Source: a virus. Taken from it: a stretch of DNA of 64,000 bases. How positions within the stretch are numbered: the first letter of the stretch is position 1; the number at the start of each line of letters is the position of its first letter. Of this stretch, positions 51,748 through 62,534 are shown piece after piece. The position numbers and the translations under genes were made by a program. The stretch lies in UHGV virus genome UHGV-0104313, one strand, 5' to 3'. The notes beneath the pieces were generated by a model that saw nothing but the letters and a program-made list of their open reading frames with translations, was not told the origin of the DNA and did not search any database.

Positions 51748-51764
51748 GGTCAAAGATTTTGACC
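51748..51764. promoter_or_regulatory. perfect 7-3-7 palindrome GGTCAAAGATTTTGACC upstream of the AT-rich island
   Basis: Seen directly; ~75 bp before the island's first ATG; no T-run, so more likely a protein-binding site than a terminator. Confidence 0.3.
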
Positions 51765-51836
51765 ATTGCATGGTGAAACTTTATGCTACAAAATGTTATT
51801 TTAAGGCGTTTTATCTGTGGCAGGAGATAGTTAATC

Positions 51837-52187
51837 ATGTCATCTGAACATGTTCGTAAAGGTGTAACAAATGCGAAATTCAATGAAGAGCAATCTAATA
51901 TTCTCTTTATTGAAATAGGAATTCTGTCAATACTGATAGGTTTAATGTCTAAATCATGGTGGGCCTTTGGCGGTTCTTTTCTTGGACTGATTTTTAGTTT
52001 AAGAATAAAATTTCTAGCAATACCATTGATGATTGTATTTAGCTTAGTATGGGGAGCTATTGGCTATAGTATTGGTACTTTGTTTGAATCAACAGCAGCA
52101 AGTATTGTTTTGGGGGTAATTGCTTTCCTGAGTGGTTTGGGTACTCATTTTGCTGCCGTGCAATGGGCAAATGATATTGCAGAATAA
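51837..52187 (+). CDS. small polytopic membrane protein, 116 aa (AT-rich island gene 1)
   Basis: Three to four hydrophobic helices; GGAGATAG RBS. Confidence 0.55.
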   Translation: MSSEHVRKGVTNAKFNEEQSNILFIEIGILSILIGLMSKSWWAFGGSFLGLIFSLRIKFLAIPLMIVFSLVWGAIGYSIGTLFESTAASIVLGVIAFLSGLGTHFAAVQWANDIAE

Positions 52188-52209
52188 TTACAGATAAGAA
52201 GCGAAAAGA

Positions 52210-52686
52210 ATGAATATGAGATGGTTTTTATTATTTGTATCGTTAGTTTCAGCAGGAACATTTGCAAAAATTGATCCTCTACAATGGAATGTAATTGAAG
52301 AGAGAGGGGGGAGAGAATATACAATCCATAATCATAATGGTGATAAGATAAGTTTTTTATGTGATATGGGATTCATGTATGGTTCACCAGATAGTGCAGG
52401 TAGTTTAGGCTTGTTGCTAAGTTCGTCGAATAATAAAAAAGAGTATAATGCTGACAAGAATAAAATAGTATTAACTATAGATGGTGATCAATATCCTTTT
52501 AGAAATCTTGGATCAATGGTTGGAGATTCTTGGTGGTATGCCTTTTGGCAAGATGCAGCAGATTCAAATGCTAATATGATTGATGCTTATGTTGATAATG
52601 AAAAAATTGCTACATTCCCTCTTTCTGGGCTAAGTAAGTTGTATCAACAAGCCAAAATGGATGGATGTATTAAACGAGGCAAATGA
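52210..52686 (+). CDS. secreted/periplasmic protein with signal peptide, 158 aa (island gene 2)
   Basis: N-terminal MNMRWFLLFVSLVSAGTFA signal-like sequence; Cys pair; low GC. Confidence 0.55.
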   Translation: MNMRWFLLFVSLVSAGTFAKIDPLQWNVIEERGGREYTIHNHNGDKISFLCDMGFMYGSPDSAGSLGLLLSSSNNKKEYNADKNKIVLTIDGDQYPFRNLGSMVGDSWWYAFWQDAADSNANMIDAYVDNEKIATFPLSGLSKLYQQAKMDGCIKRGK

Positions 52687-52760
52687 TCTTTCTGTGTTAA
52701 AGATTAACGCAATCAATAAAACATTGGTTGCGTAATATTCTATTATAGAAATGGAATAAT

Positions 52761-53795
52761 ATGACAAAAATTACTAATTCTAATGAGTTGAAGTTGCTGT
52801 ATAAACAGTCAGTGCTCATTCCATCATACAAAGATCACGTAGCGATCTTGCAAAAACAATTAGGAATAGAAAAACATTCTTTTCAAAATATGCCAAGATT
52901 GAATAGACAAGCTGTAATTAGTAACTCTCTTCGAAAACAATTGGCTAGTATACCGAACTTGGCTGGAATAGGCAGCAAGTATCGTGAACATATCGCGATT
53001 TTACAGAAACAGACTCAGGCTCTTTTCCCTCATGATGCAAATAGATATATTCAAATGCTAAGGAAACAGGCCGAAATAGCTATGCCATTACGAAAACAGC
53101 TTGAGGTGCTTAATAAGCAAGCTGGTTTAAATAACATGCAAGCGATACTTAAAGAATTACAACAAAGTGCAAGTTATAAAATAGATGTAAGCCAAGACAT
53201 AAAGAAAGTACTAGATCACTATGCTAGAACAAGAAATGCTTCATTACATCAAATAATAGAGCAGGGGATTTCATCTATTGCGCAGGCTTATGCTGAAGGT
53301 GCTACTGAAACATCACACACCAAAAGTAATGTTCAAAATAAAGGATTAAATAAACCTAGCTCAAAGTTTGTTGATTCATTTAAAGAGCTTCCTTATCCAC
53401 TGCAATGGTTACTAATGGTTATATTTTCTCAAGTTGTGTTTGGTGCTTTTATTGATTACGGAAAAGAGAAAACCTTGCTGGGAATACACAAGGCAGAATC
53501 ATATTTTATATCTCTGTTTGAGGATAAACCAATATCAAAACAACAATTAATTAAAGAAAACAAAGAAATTAGTTGGGAAGATCTCAATGGTTTTCGTTTT
53601 ATAACTGGTGAGAACGTAAGATTACACGTCAGTCCTTCTATAAATAGTGAGGTGATTGAATGCATTGGCAAAAATACTATAGTGGCTGTTTTAGATAAAA
53701 AAGATCGCCAATGGCTTTTCGTGCAGGTTAAATCAGGGGACGAGTTTATTACTGGATGGATTACACGAACATACACAAAGCCTCTTAAGGCTTGA
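52761..53795 (+). CDS. membrane-anchored protein with N-terminal ~50-aa tandem repeat and C-terminal SH3b-like domain, 344 aa (island gene 3)
   Basis: Repeats YKDHVAILQKQ...LRKQLASIP / YREHIAILQKQ...LRKQAEIAMPLRKQ; TM LQWLLMVIFSQVVFGAFIDY; C-terminal beta-rich SH3-like region. Confidence 0.55.
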   Translation: MTKITNSNELKLLYKQSVLIPSYKDHVAILQKQLGIEKHSFQNMPRLNRQAVISNSLRKQLASIPNLAGIGSKYREHIAILQKQTQALFPHDANRYIQMLRKQAEIAMPLRKQLEVLNKQAGLNNMQAILKELQQSASYKIDVSQDIKKVLDHYARTRNASLHQIIEQGISSIAQAYAEGATETSHTKSNVQNKGLNKPSSKFVDSFKELPYPLQWLLMVIFSQVVFGAFIDYGKEKTLLGIHKAESYFISLFEDKPISKQQLIKENKEISWEDLNGFRFITGENVRLHVSPSINSEVIECIGKNTIVAVLDKKDRQWLFVQVKSGDEFITGWITRTYTKPLKA

Positions 53796-53907
53796 ATTTT
53801 ATCACCGTATCTTGGGGCTGGGTGTTGATGACGATGTGCTACTTGAAGTACTTGGGTTTTTTAACGCAGCATCTGAAATGTGTAGACTGACCGGTAACAA
53901 ATGACAA

Positions 53908-54515
<608 letters not shown>

Positions 54516-54525
54516 GGGGGCTGAT

Positions 54526-55137
54526 ATGGGGCTTAATGTTGCTTCAGTAAAGTCTTATGTATCTTCGGCATTAACGACGACATTATTTGGCTCCGGCGTT
54601 GGTGAGCGGGAAGTTGGCAAGCTGACGTCAATCATCATGAACAAAATGCTGTTCGCGCAAGGATGGCAGTTCTCTGTCGAAGTTGATGGTCTGGAGGGGG
54701 CAGACTTCTTTGCTAAAGACATTACCTACCACGATTACAGCATCGAATATGAAACGATTAAAATCGGCGGAGGGAATATCCTTCAGCCAACGGAGCGTTC
54801 ACCTGGGCAGATAACAATGATGGTCAGGGATACCGTTGATGGCCTCGTTTTGGACTGGTTTAAGACGGCAAAAAGTCGGGTGATCAATCCGGACGGTACC
54901 GGGAATATACCGTCTAAATATTTGCTCAATGTGCGTATTTATCGGTTGCTGTCCTCCGGTTTAACCAAACTGGAAAATGAGATGACGGTATTCCCGGTCA
55001 CTACCGGCGATGTCACCTATGCGCGGGATCAGGTTACGGAATTTAAGTCATTCCCAATGACCTTCGCGTTGCACAGCACGTTTAACCAATCCTCAAGTTC
55101 TTTAGCTTCCCTTCTGGGCTTTAGTTTTTCGCTTTAA
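54526..55137 (+). CDS. hypothetical tail-assembly-region protein, 203 aa
   Basis: ORF track; AGGGGGCTGAT RBS-like upstream. Confidence 0.5.
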   Translation: MGLNVASVKSYVSSALTTTLFGSGVGEREVGKLTSIIMNKMLFAQGWQFSVEVDGLEGADFFAKDITYHDYSIEYETIKIGGGNILQPTERSPGQITMMVRDTVDGLVLDWFKTAKSRVINPDGTGNIPSKYLLNVRIYRLLSSGLTKLENEMTVFPVTTGDVTYARDQVTEFKSFPMTFALHSTFNQSSSSLASLLGFSFSL

Positions 55138-55151
55138 ATTAAGGAGCAAGG

Positions 55152-56033
55152 ATGCTTTTACCCCTTTTCCCGCTACCATCGCGGCCAACTGAATTAATCC
55201 AGTTCCGTCAGCCAAATATTGCTGATGCGATGCGTTTCAACTCGATAACACCGGAGGAACAAGAACAGCAGACAACAGCGTATTTAAAAGCCTTGCTGGC
55301 TGAAGCTGCGAAACATGATCCACTGAAATGGACGGCACAGGACCGGATTACCGCGTTATGGTGGATATTTACTGGCTCCCGCGAAACACCGATCGAGACA
55401 TTTACCTACACCTGTAAACATTGCGGTAAAGAGCATTATTACGATTGCGATATGAATGCTCTGGCTGAAGATATCCAGGTCCTGGAAGTGGAACCGTTCA
55501 TTGACGATATTGAGGTGTCTGTAGAGGGCGTGCCTTATCAATGGCGTATCGTGCCGCTTGATGGTTGGGCAATGGAAATGCTGGAGATGCGCCGAGCAGC
55601 ATTGCCACCTGAAGACGACGCGGAATTCAAAGAAGCGATCGTTGATTTGCGTTTTTGGGAATTCGCTTATCAGTGTGAACTTTATAACGATGTTAGCGGT
55701 ACTCGTGAAGAGCAGGCTGAGCGTCGTTATGAAACGATCAAACGGATGGCCATTGATACTGAATTTATGAAGCTGGCGGCACACATCCGGCTGGCTCATG
55801 AAAAGCTCGAACATGGTTTACCGTGCTACATCGATAAAGGCGAAATGCGTCTTCGTCTCCCGCCGCACAAATGCCCAAACCAGGATACAAAGGAGTCCAC
55901 AGAGGGTGCGTATACCCGTCTGTGGGTGCCCTTTCGGGCTACCGACTTCATTCCACAGGTGGGGATTGAAAAGCTATCAGACCTTAGTGTCCAACCTGGT
56001 TTTGTATGGGGGTATACCGATTCAGGACGCTGA
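55152..56033 (+). CDS. hypothetical protein with zinc-ribbon-like motif (CKHCG...C-x-C), 293 aa
   Basis: ORF track; AAGGAGCAAGG RBS; directly upstream of the tape-measure-like gene. Confidence 0.5.
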   Translation: MLLPLFPLPSRPTELIQFRQPNIADAMRFNSITPEEQEQQTTAYLKALLAEAAKHDPLKWTAQDRITALWWIFTGSRETPIETFTYTCKHCGKEHYYDCDMNALAEDIQVLEVEPFIDDIEVSVEGVPYQWRIVPLDGWAMEMLEMRRAALPPEDDAEFKEAIVDLRFWEFAYQCELYNDVSGTREEQAERRYETIKRMAIDTEFMKLAAHIRLAHEKLEHGLPCYIDKGEMRLRLPPHKCPNQDTKESTEGAYTRLWVPFRATDFIPQVGIEKLSDLSVQPGFVWGYTDSGR

Positions 56034-56114
56034 AAGGCTTACTGAATCCTATGCGTTTTTCCTGTTGGAGAAACTGGAAGAAAAACTTAAACCGAAACGG
56101 TAGGCGATAAGATC

Positions 56115-59100
56115 ATGGAAAGAAAAAACGCCAATATTGACGATGTTATAAGGACAGTTGAAACCGCCAGCGCGAAAGAGCTGGAAGAGCTTGCAGGTAT
56201 TCGGGAAGCTGTTGAAGATTTGAAAGGGGAACGAGTTGCAACTGTTGATCCTGTCTCTCGCAGTGTGTCGGCATTAAATCGCACAATCGAAAATTCACGT
56301 CCTGACTTTGTGACCAATGTGCCATCAGTGGACTCTATTGTTGACGCAATGAAACGGCTTAATTTAGGGGACGTTTCTCGTATACGGGAGGACAAAGTCA
56401 CTAACCGTGAACAGCAGGCTGCACCAACAGCGCACAATCCCCCAAATAGACGAAGAGAGGCAATAACAGAGGATGTTAAAGCACAGCGGTTAGAAACGGT
56501 CAAACTCGCTCGTGATTTGAAAGGGGAACGCGTTGCAACGGTTGACCCAGTATCTCGCAGTGTGTCGGCATTAAATCGAACAATCGAAAATTCCCGGCCA
56601 GACTTTGTGGCCAATGCGCCATCAGTAGACCCTATTGTTGACGCAATGAAACGGCTTAATTTAGGGGACGTTTCTCGTGTAGTTCAGGAGGGCATTGCTC
56701 AAGAGGAACAGCAGGCCAAATCAACTACACCAAAGGGTAAAAAAAGACGCAGGAAGGCTATATCAGAGGATATAAAGGCACAACGGACCGAAGCAGCCGA
56801 ACACGCTCGCGAAATGTTCGATCAAAAAGGCGGTGCGCAAAAAAGCCAAAACCAACGCGATGCGCGTGGTCGTTTTATTGGAAAGTCAGGGAGTAAGGCC
56901 GCAGCGGAAGATGCCCGTGCTGAACGTGCTGAAAAGGCCAGGCGCAAAGAGGATGATGAGCGTCTAAATGCTGAATCAGGTTTATTAAAAAAACTGTCAA
57001 AAGTAGCTGAAGGCATAGGTAACCCTTCAGAGACTCGTGCCGTCGATGCGTTAGGTTATGCCGTTGCTGGTCCATTGTGGGCAGCAGGGAAGGAGCTTGG
57101 CGGGATATCAAAAGAAGTTGGTGGATCGCTTAATGGTGCCAGAAAGTCTATTGCCGATGTGATTCGTGGCAATGACGATAACAGCCGTAGAAAAGGTTTT
57201 TTTAGGCGTAAATCGCAAAATAGTGCCGATGTCGTTCAGGTTAACACCCAAAAACGGACGGTTCAGGAACTTCAGGAGCAGACCAGCGAAATTAAAGAGG
57301 GCAATGACAAGATTCTCAGCGCCCTTGATCAGATAGCCAAAAACACCGGGAAAAAGAAGGGCGGCTTGCTGTCCAAACTATTTAGCCTGTTAGGGAAGGG
57401 GGCCGGTGGCGTCGCGTCGTTGTTAATGGGGCGTGGCATGCTGAAAAAAGCTGGAGCACTCGCTTTTGGCGCTCTGGGGGCAAAGAGACTCGTAGGAATG
57501 CTACGCGGTGGGGGCAAGAAGACTCTCGCCCATGAAGGCGGAGATTTGGCTGCCCGGGCAGCAGGTAAACTTGGATTAAAGGCAGTTGGTAAAGGGGCGT
57601 TACGCGCAATTCCCCTAGTCGGCACAGTGGCTGGAGGTATTTATGATGCGGTAACCGGTTGGAATGATACAGAAGCGCAACGTCGAGCGTTTGGGCTTAA
57701 ATCAGGACAAGATCCATCATTCCAGCAAAAAGCCGCTTATACGTTAGCCAATGTTCTTGATTTGGGGGGACTGGTATCTGGTATTAGCAGTGCTATTGGT
57801 GATGTTCTCAAATCACTTGGATTTGAGGATATCGGCAATATGTTGCAATCATTTTCGACGGAAAGTATTGCCCAGGCCATTGATAGCGGGGTTACCAACT
57901 TAGAAACATATATTTCTAACCTTGGCGACACCATTTCTACCAAGTTCGATGATTACACAGCAAAGATTGGTGATGCTGTTTCAGCATGGTTTAGCGATAC
58001 ATCTAATAAGTTGCTTGAAAAGCTGGATGCCATCAAAGACTTCTTTACTGTCGATAACCTGAAACAGGTTTTCAGTGATGCAATTGATAGTGCAATTGAC
58101 TTCATTAAGAACCCAGGGAAACACATTAAAGAGGCGGCTGGTAATATTTGGGATGGGGTTAAAAATTTACCCGGTAAAGCATTAGATGCAGCGGTTGATG
58201 CCGTTAAAAATACCCCTGCGGCAATGATTGTATCAAAAATACCCAATCCGATCGGCGAGGCTAATGCAAAAGAAATCACTCCAGAGTTAAAAGCTCCGGT
58301 TAATAGCCACCAGGAGACATCTGATTCTAAAACTGAATCCGATGCTAAACAGACTAATATTGCTACCCGCGTGATAAATGCGGCACTGGACACGGCGAAA
58401 GATAGCAATAAAACAGTTAAAGAAACTGCCAATCAGATTATCAATGCAAATGCCGTAGAAATGGGCAATAGCGCGGTGCGGAAAATTGATTCAGCTATTG
58501 GACAAAATAGCTCGTCATCATCGTCGCGTAATACCACCGGCACTGGGAATGACATTCAGAAAGCTGCTGATACCTACAATAATGGCAACTTAGATGTAAA
58601 AGTCGGAAGCCTTGGCGCTGAAGGTAAGGCAAATCTCGATAAGTTAGCTCCGTATTTTGCTGAACTAGAGAATAAATATGGTCTTCCTGAAGGCACTCTT
58701 TACGCGATTGCTGCAACTGAATCAGGAGGGGATCCTAACGCAAAGTCTCCGCTTACAAGATCACCAGATGGAAAGTTAAGTGGTGGCGCACTCGGGATGT
58801 TCCAGTTCACGAGTATTGCTCGTAAAGAGACAGGGATATCGGAACCGGATGCATTTGATCCTGTGAAATCGGCAGAAGCTGCGGCTCTTCTCATGAGCAA
58901 GTATCTGAAGCAAGCCAATGGAGACTTAAACGAGGCCATCACTGCATATAACGCTGGGTTTGGCACTATTAATAGGTGGAAAAAAGGCACAGGTGACTTA
59001 TCGAAAGAAAACCGTGAGTACGCGATCAAGGTCAATACTCATCGTGCTCGCTATTTAGGTGGTGAAATCTATACACCAGGGGCAGGAGCACAGGGGGGGG

Positions 59101-59834
59101 CGCAATATGGAGTGAGGGGACCACTGCCTGATAACGCCGTTATCGATCAGTCTACTGGCCTGGCGTTTACCCCTGGTGATAGCCCGTTTGAGAAGGGCGG
59201 TCTGGTAGACAAAATCGGTAATGCTGTTGGCGTTAACGATCTGGTCAACAAATTCATGAATGGTCGGGGGATGCGTCGAGAAGTCGTCCAGGGAACCCTC
59301 GAAGAACGTGCACGAGGAAATGGGACCGCAACAGCAGCTGGCAATGTGTATGTTGATACTCCGACGCCAGTTGAAGAGGCGCGTCCAGTGGCCAGCAACT
59401 CAAGTTACTTTGACCAGCTCGGCGCACAAATGGGGATTGATGGACTGTATGACAAACTCATTAATGCCCGGGGAATGCGCTCAAATAATTCTCCTCAACC
59501 AGCATCCACGTTCCAGGTGACGACTGCCGCCAACGATTTGCAGCAACCAACCGGTCGTATGCAGATAGACGGACAGGTTATTAGTGACCTTGGCGGCTCC
59601 GGTGCCAAGCCGACAATGCAGTTGGCTGATAATACCGTTTCACTTGATGGTGAAACGAAGCGGCTGTTTGCGCAGATGACCTCATTGCTTGCCAGGATTG
59701 AAGAGCACACCAAAGACTCGGCGAAAGGCCAGGGAACTGTCGTAAAGGTCAGCACGCCTCAGCCGGGCGTTATGCGCACGGTACCACTGTCAATTGATGA
59801 TCCGTTGATGAATGACTACGCGAGAGTTGATTGA
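56115..59834 (+). CDS. sit: tape-measure-like injection protein with C-terminal lytic transglycosylase (SLT) domain, 1239 aa
   Basis: C-terminal AIAATESGGDPNA...GMFQFTS...AYNAGFG SLT motifs; Gly/Ala/Lys-rich middle; N-terminal ~100-aa tandem duplication. Confidence 0.8.
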   Translation: MERKNANIDDVIRTVETASAKELEELAGIREAVEDLKGERVATVDPVSRSVSALNRTIENSRPDFVTNVPSVDSIVDAMKRLNLGDVSRIREDKVTNREQQAAPTAHNPPNRRREAITEDVKAQRLETVKLARDLKGERVATVDPVSRSVSALNRTIENSRPDFVANAPSVDPIVDAMKRLNLGDVSRVVQEGIAQEEQQAKSTTPKGKKRRRKAISEDIKAQRTEAAEHAREMFDQKGGAQKSQNQRDARGRFIGKSGSKAAAEDARAERAEKARRKEDDERLNAESGLLKKLSKVAEGIGNPSETRAVDALGYAVAGPLWAAGKELGGISKEVGGSLNGARKSIADVIRGNDDNSRRKGFFRRKSQNSADVVQVNTQKRTVQELQEQTSEIKEGNDKILSALDQIAKNTGKKKGGLLSKLFSLLGKGAGGVASLLMGRGMLKKAGALAFGALGAKRLVGMLRGGGKKTLAHEGGDLAARAAGKLGLKAVGKGALRAIPLVGTVAGGIYDAVTGWNDTEAQRRAFGLKSGQDPSFQQKAAYTLANVLDLGGLVSGISSAIGDVLKSLGFEDIGNMLQSFSTESIAQAIDSGVTNLETYISNLGDTISTKFDDYTAKIGDAVSAWFSDTSNKLLEKLDAIKDFFTVDNLKQVFSDAIDSAIDFIKNPGKHIKEAAGNIWDGVKNLPGKALDAAVDAVKNTPAAMIVSKIPNPIGEANAKEITPELKAPVNSHQETSDSKTESDAKQTNIATRVINAALDTAKDSNKTVKETANQIINANAVEMGNSAVRKIDSAIGQNSSSSSSRNTTGTGNDIQKAADTYNNGNLDVKVGSLGAEGKANLDKLAPYFAELENKYGLPEGTLYAIAATESGGDPNAKSPLTRSPDGKLSGGALGMFQFTSIARKETGISEPDAFDPVKSAEAAALLMSKYLKQANGDLNEAITAYNAGFGTINRWKKGTGDLSKENREYAIKVNTHRARYLGGEIYTPGAGAQGGAQYGVRGPLPDNAVIDQSTGLAFTPGDSPFEKGGLVDKIGNAVGVNDLVNKFMNGRGMRREVVQGTLEERARGNGTATAAGNVYVDTPTPVEEARPVASNSSYFDQLGAQMGIDGLYDKLINARGMRSNNSPQPASTFQVTTAANDLQQPTGRMQIDGQVISDLGGSGAKPTMQLADNTVSLDGETKRLFAQMTSLLARIEEHTKDSAKGQGTVVKVSTPQPGVMRTVPLSIDDPLMNDYARVD
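56220..56820 (+). repeat. internal tandem duplication (~300 bp x 2) within the sit N-terminal region
   Basis: LKGERVATVDPVSRSVSALNRTIENSRPDFV...VDAMKRLNLGDVSR appears twice in frame with near-identical DNA. Confidence 0.6.
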
Positions 59835-60190
59835 TGGCCAACAATAACGAAATTGATCCTTTGCTGACGCTGGAGTTATCCGGCGTAAAAACGTATGAGT
59901 CCCAGGAGGAGGCCTGGGGCGCTCGTTTATATGAGTGGCTAAACACTTATCAGGGTGAGGTATACGGAGATCCGTCATGGGGCAATGTTTTACCGCAGTT
60001 TAAACACGAACCGACCAACTTGTCGCATGTTCAAATTGCGGTTGAGGCAATGCTGTTGCAAAAACTGACGGTAGATTTACCTGACATACCGATTTCTGGC
60101 TTGTCAGTAGCCGAGGGAGATGCTTTTGATAAGTTGAAAATATCCATTCGTATCAGGGATATAACTATCACACAGGACGTGGTGCTATGA
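59831..60190 (+). CDS. baseplate wedge protein, gp25/gpW-like, 119 aa
   Basis: Size and GEVYGDPSWGNVL-type motif typical of W/gp25 proteins; coupled to sit (ATGA overlap). Confidence 0.5.
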   Translation: MMANNNEIDPLLTLELSGVKTYESQEEAWGARLYEWLNTYQGEVYGDPSWGNVLPQFKHEPTNLSHVQIAVEAMLLQKLTVDLPDIPISGLSVAEGDAFDKLKISIRIRDITITQDVVL

Positions 60191-61620
60191 GTAAAACAAC
60201 ACCGACTAAAGACAGTATTCGTGCAGAGTTTGAAGAGCTTGTCGAGAAAGATTCATTCTGGTCGAAGTTTGTCGGCTCTCAATTTGTCTCGATGCTGACA
60301 TTGTTTATTACCCAGATTGTCTACAGGTGCTTTCAGTATGCCGATGCGGCGCTGGCTGAAGGCTTTATATCGACCGCGACGCGGCGTTCCTCTATCCTGG
60401 CAGCGGCAGAAACGAATAGTTACGTTGGTACCAAGCCAACACCGTCATCGGGGATGATTGAGATCACCGCCACAAGTGAAGATGCCCCAGCGGTAATCCC
60501 CAAAAACATGCCTTTAATATCTGACGACCAGTATCCTTACATGACTATGGATGTATGCAGGTTGGTTGACGGCACCGGTACGGTAGAAGTGGCACAGTTG
60601 GAAATCCAGGAGGTGACATATACCGTTACGGCAGCCAAAGAATTTCTGGAAGTCGTGTTATCAAAGGCTCTCACTGCTGTCTGCTATAAGCTGGAAGTAT
60701 TCGTGACGACCGATGGTAAGACCACGCAGTGGTCTTCCAGCACTATGTTCCGGTTAGCCGGTAGTAAAAGCCAGGTCTACGTTGAGTTTTATAAACCATC
60801 CGAACAGTTGGGTGTTCGATTCGGCGATGGGCTAATTGGGCAAATACCGCCAGAAGGCTCGACAATTACGCTTAAGGTATGGTGCACCAACGGCGATATA
60901 ACCCTGGTTGCTGGCCAAAACCTGACGCCTGTCGATTCTGCGGCTAATTTAGCTAATTTGATTTCAGTTAAGACAACGACACCTATAACCGCAGGTACCG
61001 ATGCTGAAACAACGGAGATCACACGTAACCGTGCACAATATTACCTTGCCTATGATGATCAGGTCGTATGGGGCGGGGACTATACGTATTTTCTGGTTCG
61101 TAACATCCCGGGGCTGTCCTGGGTAAAGGCATGGGGCGAAGGCCAGCAAGAGAAATTAGATGGTGCTTATAATGTTCAGAATATCAATAAGATATTTATT
61201 TCAGGATGGCATCCAAATAAAAGCCAGTCAGAGCTTGAAGAAATGATCCTGACTGCCTTTAAGAAGGTACCGAATGAACTGAACAAGAAATTCTCTTATA
61301 AAGAGATCAGAAAACTACCATTTAAGATAACCATCACCGGACGGATATCGGCAAGCCTGACCATTGAGAATGTGACCGATGAGCTGAAGTCGGCACTGGA
61401 AACAAAATTTGGGCGCGACTCAACTTTCTTTGATCCGAACCGCGTCGGAAAGTACATCTTGATTAAGAAAAAAGACGTTTGGGCTTTTATAGAAACGCTG
61501 GGTTATTTCCGCGACTTTTATCTGGAATTTGTCGAGTGGAATGAGTCCAACGGCTTTTACGATTTCGTTTATCTGGATACAGAAAACTCCACCTTTAATA
61601 TTTCGTATGAGGAGGAGTGA
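60187..61620 (+). CDS. baseplate protein, J/gp6-like, 477 aa
   Basis: ORF track; position after the W-like gene. Confidence 0.45.
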   Translation: MSKTTPTKDSIRAEFEELVEKDSFWSKFVGSQFVSMLTLFITQIVYRCFQYADAALAEGFISTATRRSSILAAAETNSYVGTKPTPSSGMIEITATSEDAPAVIPKNMPLISDDQYPYMTMDVCRLVDGTGTVEVAQLEIQEVTYTVTAAKEFLEVVLSKALTAVCYKLEVFVTTDGKTTQWSSSTMFRLAGSKSQVYVEFYKPSEQLGVRFGDGLIGQIPPEGSTITLKVWCTNGDITLVAGQNLTPVDSAANLANLISVKTTTPITAGTDAETTEITRNRAQYYLAYDDQVVWGGDYTYFLVRNIPGLSWVKAWGEGQQEKLDGAYNVQNINKIFISGWHPNKSQSELEEMILTAFKKVPNELNKKFSYKEIRKLPFKITITGRISASLTIENVTDELKSALETKFGRDSTFFDPNRVGKYILIKKKDVWAFIETLGYFRDFYLEFVEWNESNGFYDFVYLDTENSTFNISYEEE

Positions 61621-62456
61621 TGCAGCGTTCCTGGTTTAATAACCGGCTTACATCAGCTAAGCAAAAGTCATTACTTTATAAATCATTGGCTGATTTGGTT
61701 CAGTCAATGATGGACACCTTTGTTGACCCATGGTTGGAGCGAATTACCAACCGGAAGTCTATTTTCTCCATGAGCAAGGAGGATCTGGAGACTAGGACAA
61801 ATGAACTTGGCCAGTTTTTTACTATCAGAACGTCGAATTCATCTTCCGTTCCGATGTTGTTACAACAGCGGTTTGATGAGATCCATTTTAAGGGTACTGA
61901 ACGCCCTATAAACCAGACAATTTATCGCGAATTTAACGGTATATCGGTTTTATGGGATCCCATATATGCTCCGGTGGACTTTGAACGTCATCCCTATGGC
62001 ACGGTCCTGATTCCAGAAAGCACACTGGAAACCACCGGCGGCACATTCGGCGAGATGTTTCTGACTTCCAGAGGAATGATCAGTATTCCCATAAACGACT
62101 TGGCCCGGACAATGGGTATTACTGGAACGATAGATCAGTCCGCAATTACAGAAGAAATTCTCAGAAAGTTTAATCAGTTCGTAAAGCCTCTACTGCCACT
62201 GCATATAGTGTTTGATGGGCTTACGCTCTATTTGTCGGTTGTTGTAAATGAACAGGCCGACATGATCACTTTGAATGAGATTTCTGATACCGAAAAAGCA
62301 TTCTGCTGGTTTGAAACTTCGGATACAACTTCGCTTACTGAAGTTACGTCGATTAACGCCCCGATCACTGCAACGCCGGGCGGCACTATTGTGAAAGCAA
62401 CGCCTACGTTTGATCGCACCCGCGCAGATGATTTGCTGTTGGATAGCGATGCGTGA
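61617..62456 (+). CDS. baseplate/tail protein (gpI-like candidate), 279 aa
   Basis: ORF track; coupled overlap with upstream gene. Confidence 0.4.
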   Translation: MMQRSWFNNRLTSAKQKSLLYKSLADLVQSMMDTFVDPWLERITNRKSIFSMSKEDLETRTNELGQFFTIRTSNSSSVPMLLQQRFDEIHFKGTERPINQTIYREFNGISVLWDPIYAPVDFERHPYGTVLIPESTLETTGGTFGEMFLTSRGMISIPINDLARTMGITGTIDQSAITEEILRKFNQFVKPLLPLHIVFDGLTLYLSVVVNEQADMITLNEISDTEKAFCWFETSDTTSLTEVTSINAPITATPGGTIVKATPTFDRTRADDLLLDSDA

Positions 62457-62459
62457 CAA

Positions 62460-62484
62460 TCACCCCGTCCGCAGGGCGGGGTGA
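62460..62484 (+). terminator. GC-rich hairpin (TCACCCCGTCCGCAGGGCGGGGTGA), weak T-tail
   Basis: Perfect 10-bp stem after the stop at 62456. Confidence 0.35.
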
Positions 62485-62534
62485 CAAGTTACTTATCTTA
62501 CAATGAGGCTTCACAACATTGATTAGGGAAAATC

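Noticed and set aside
56822-59755. Multiple minus- and plus-frame ORFs within sit (for example 56822..57016, 57953..58432, 59147..59398)
   Set aside because: Embedded in the long sit reading frame, which has clear domain signatures; low-complexity off-frame translations.
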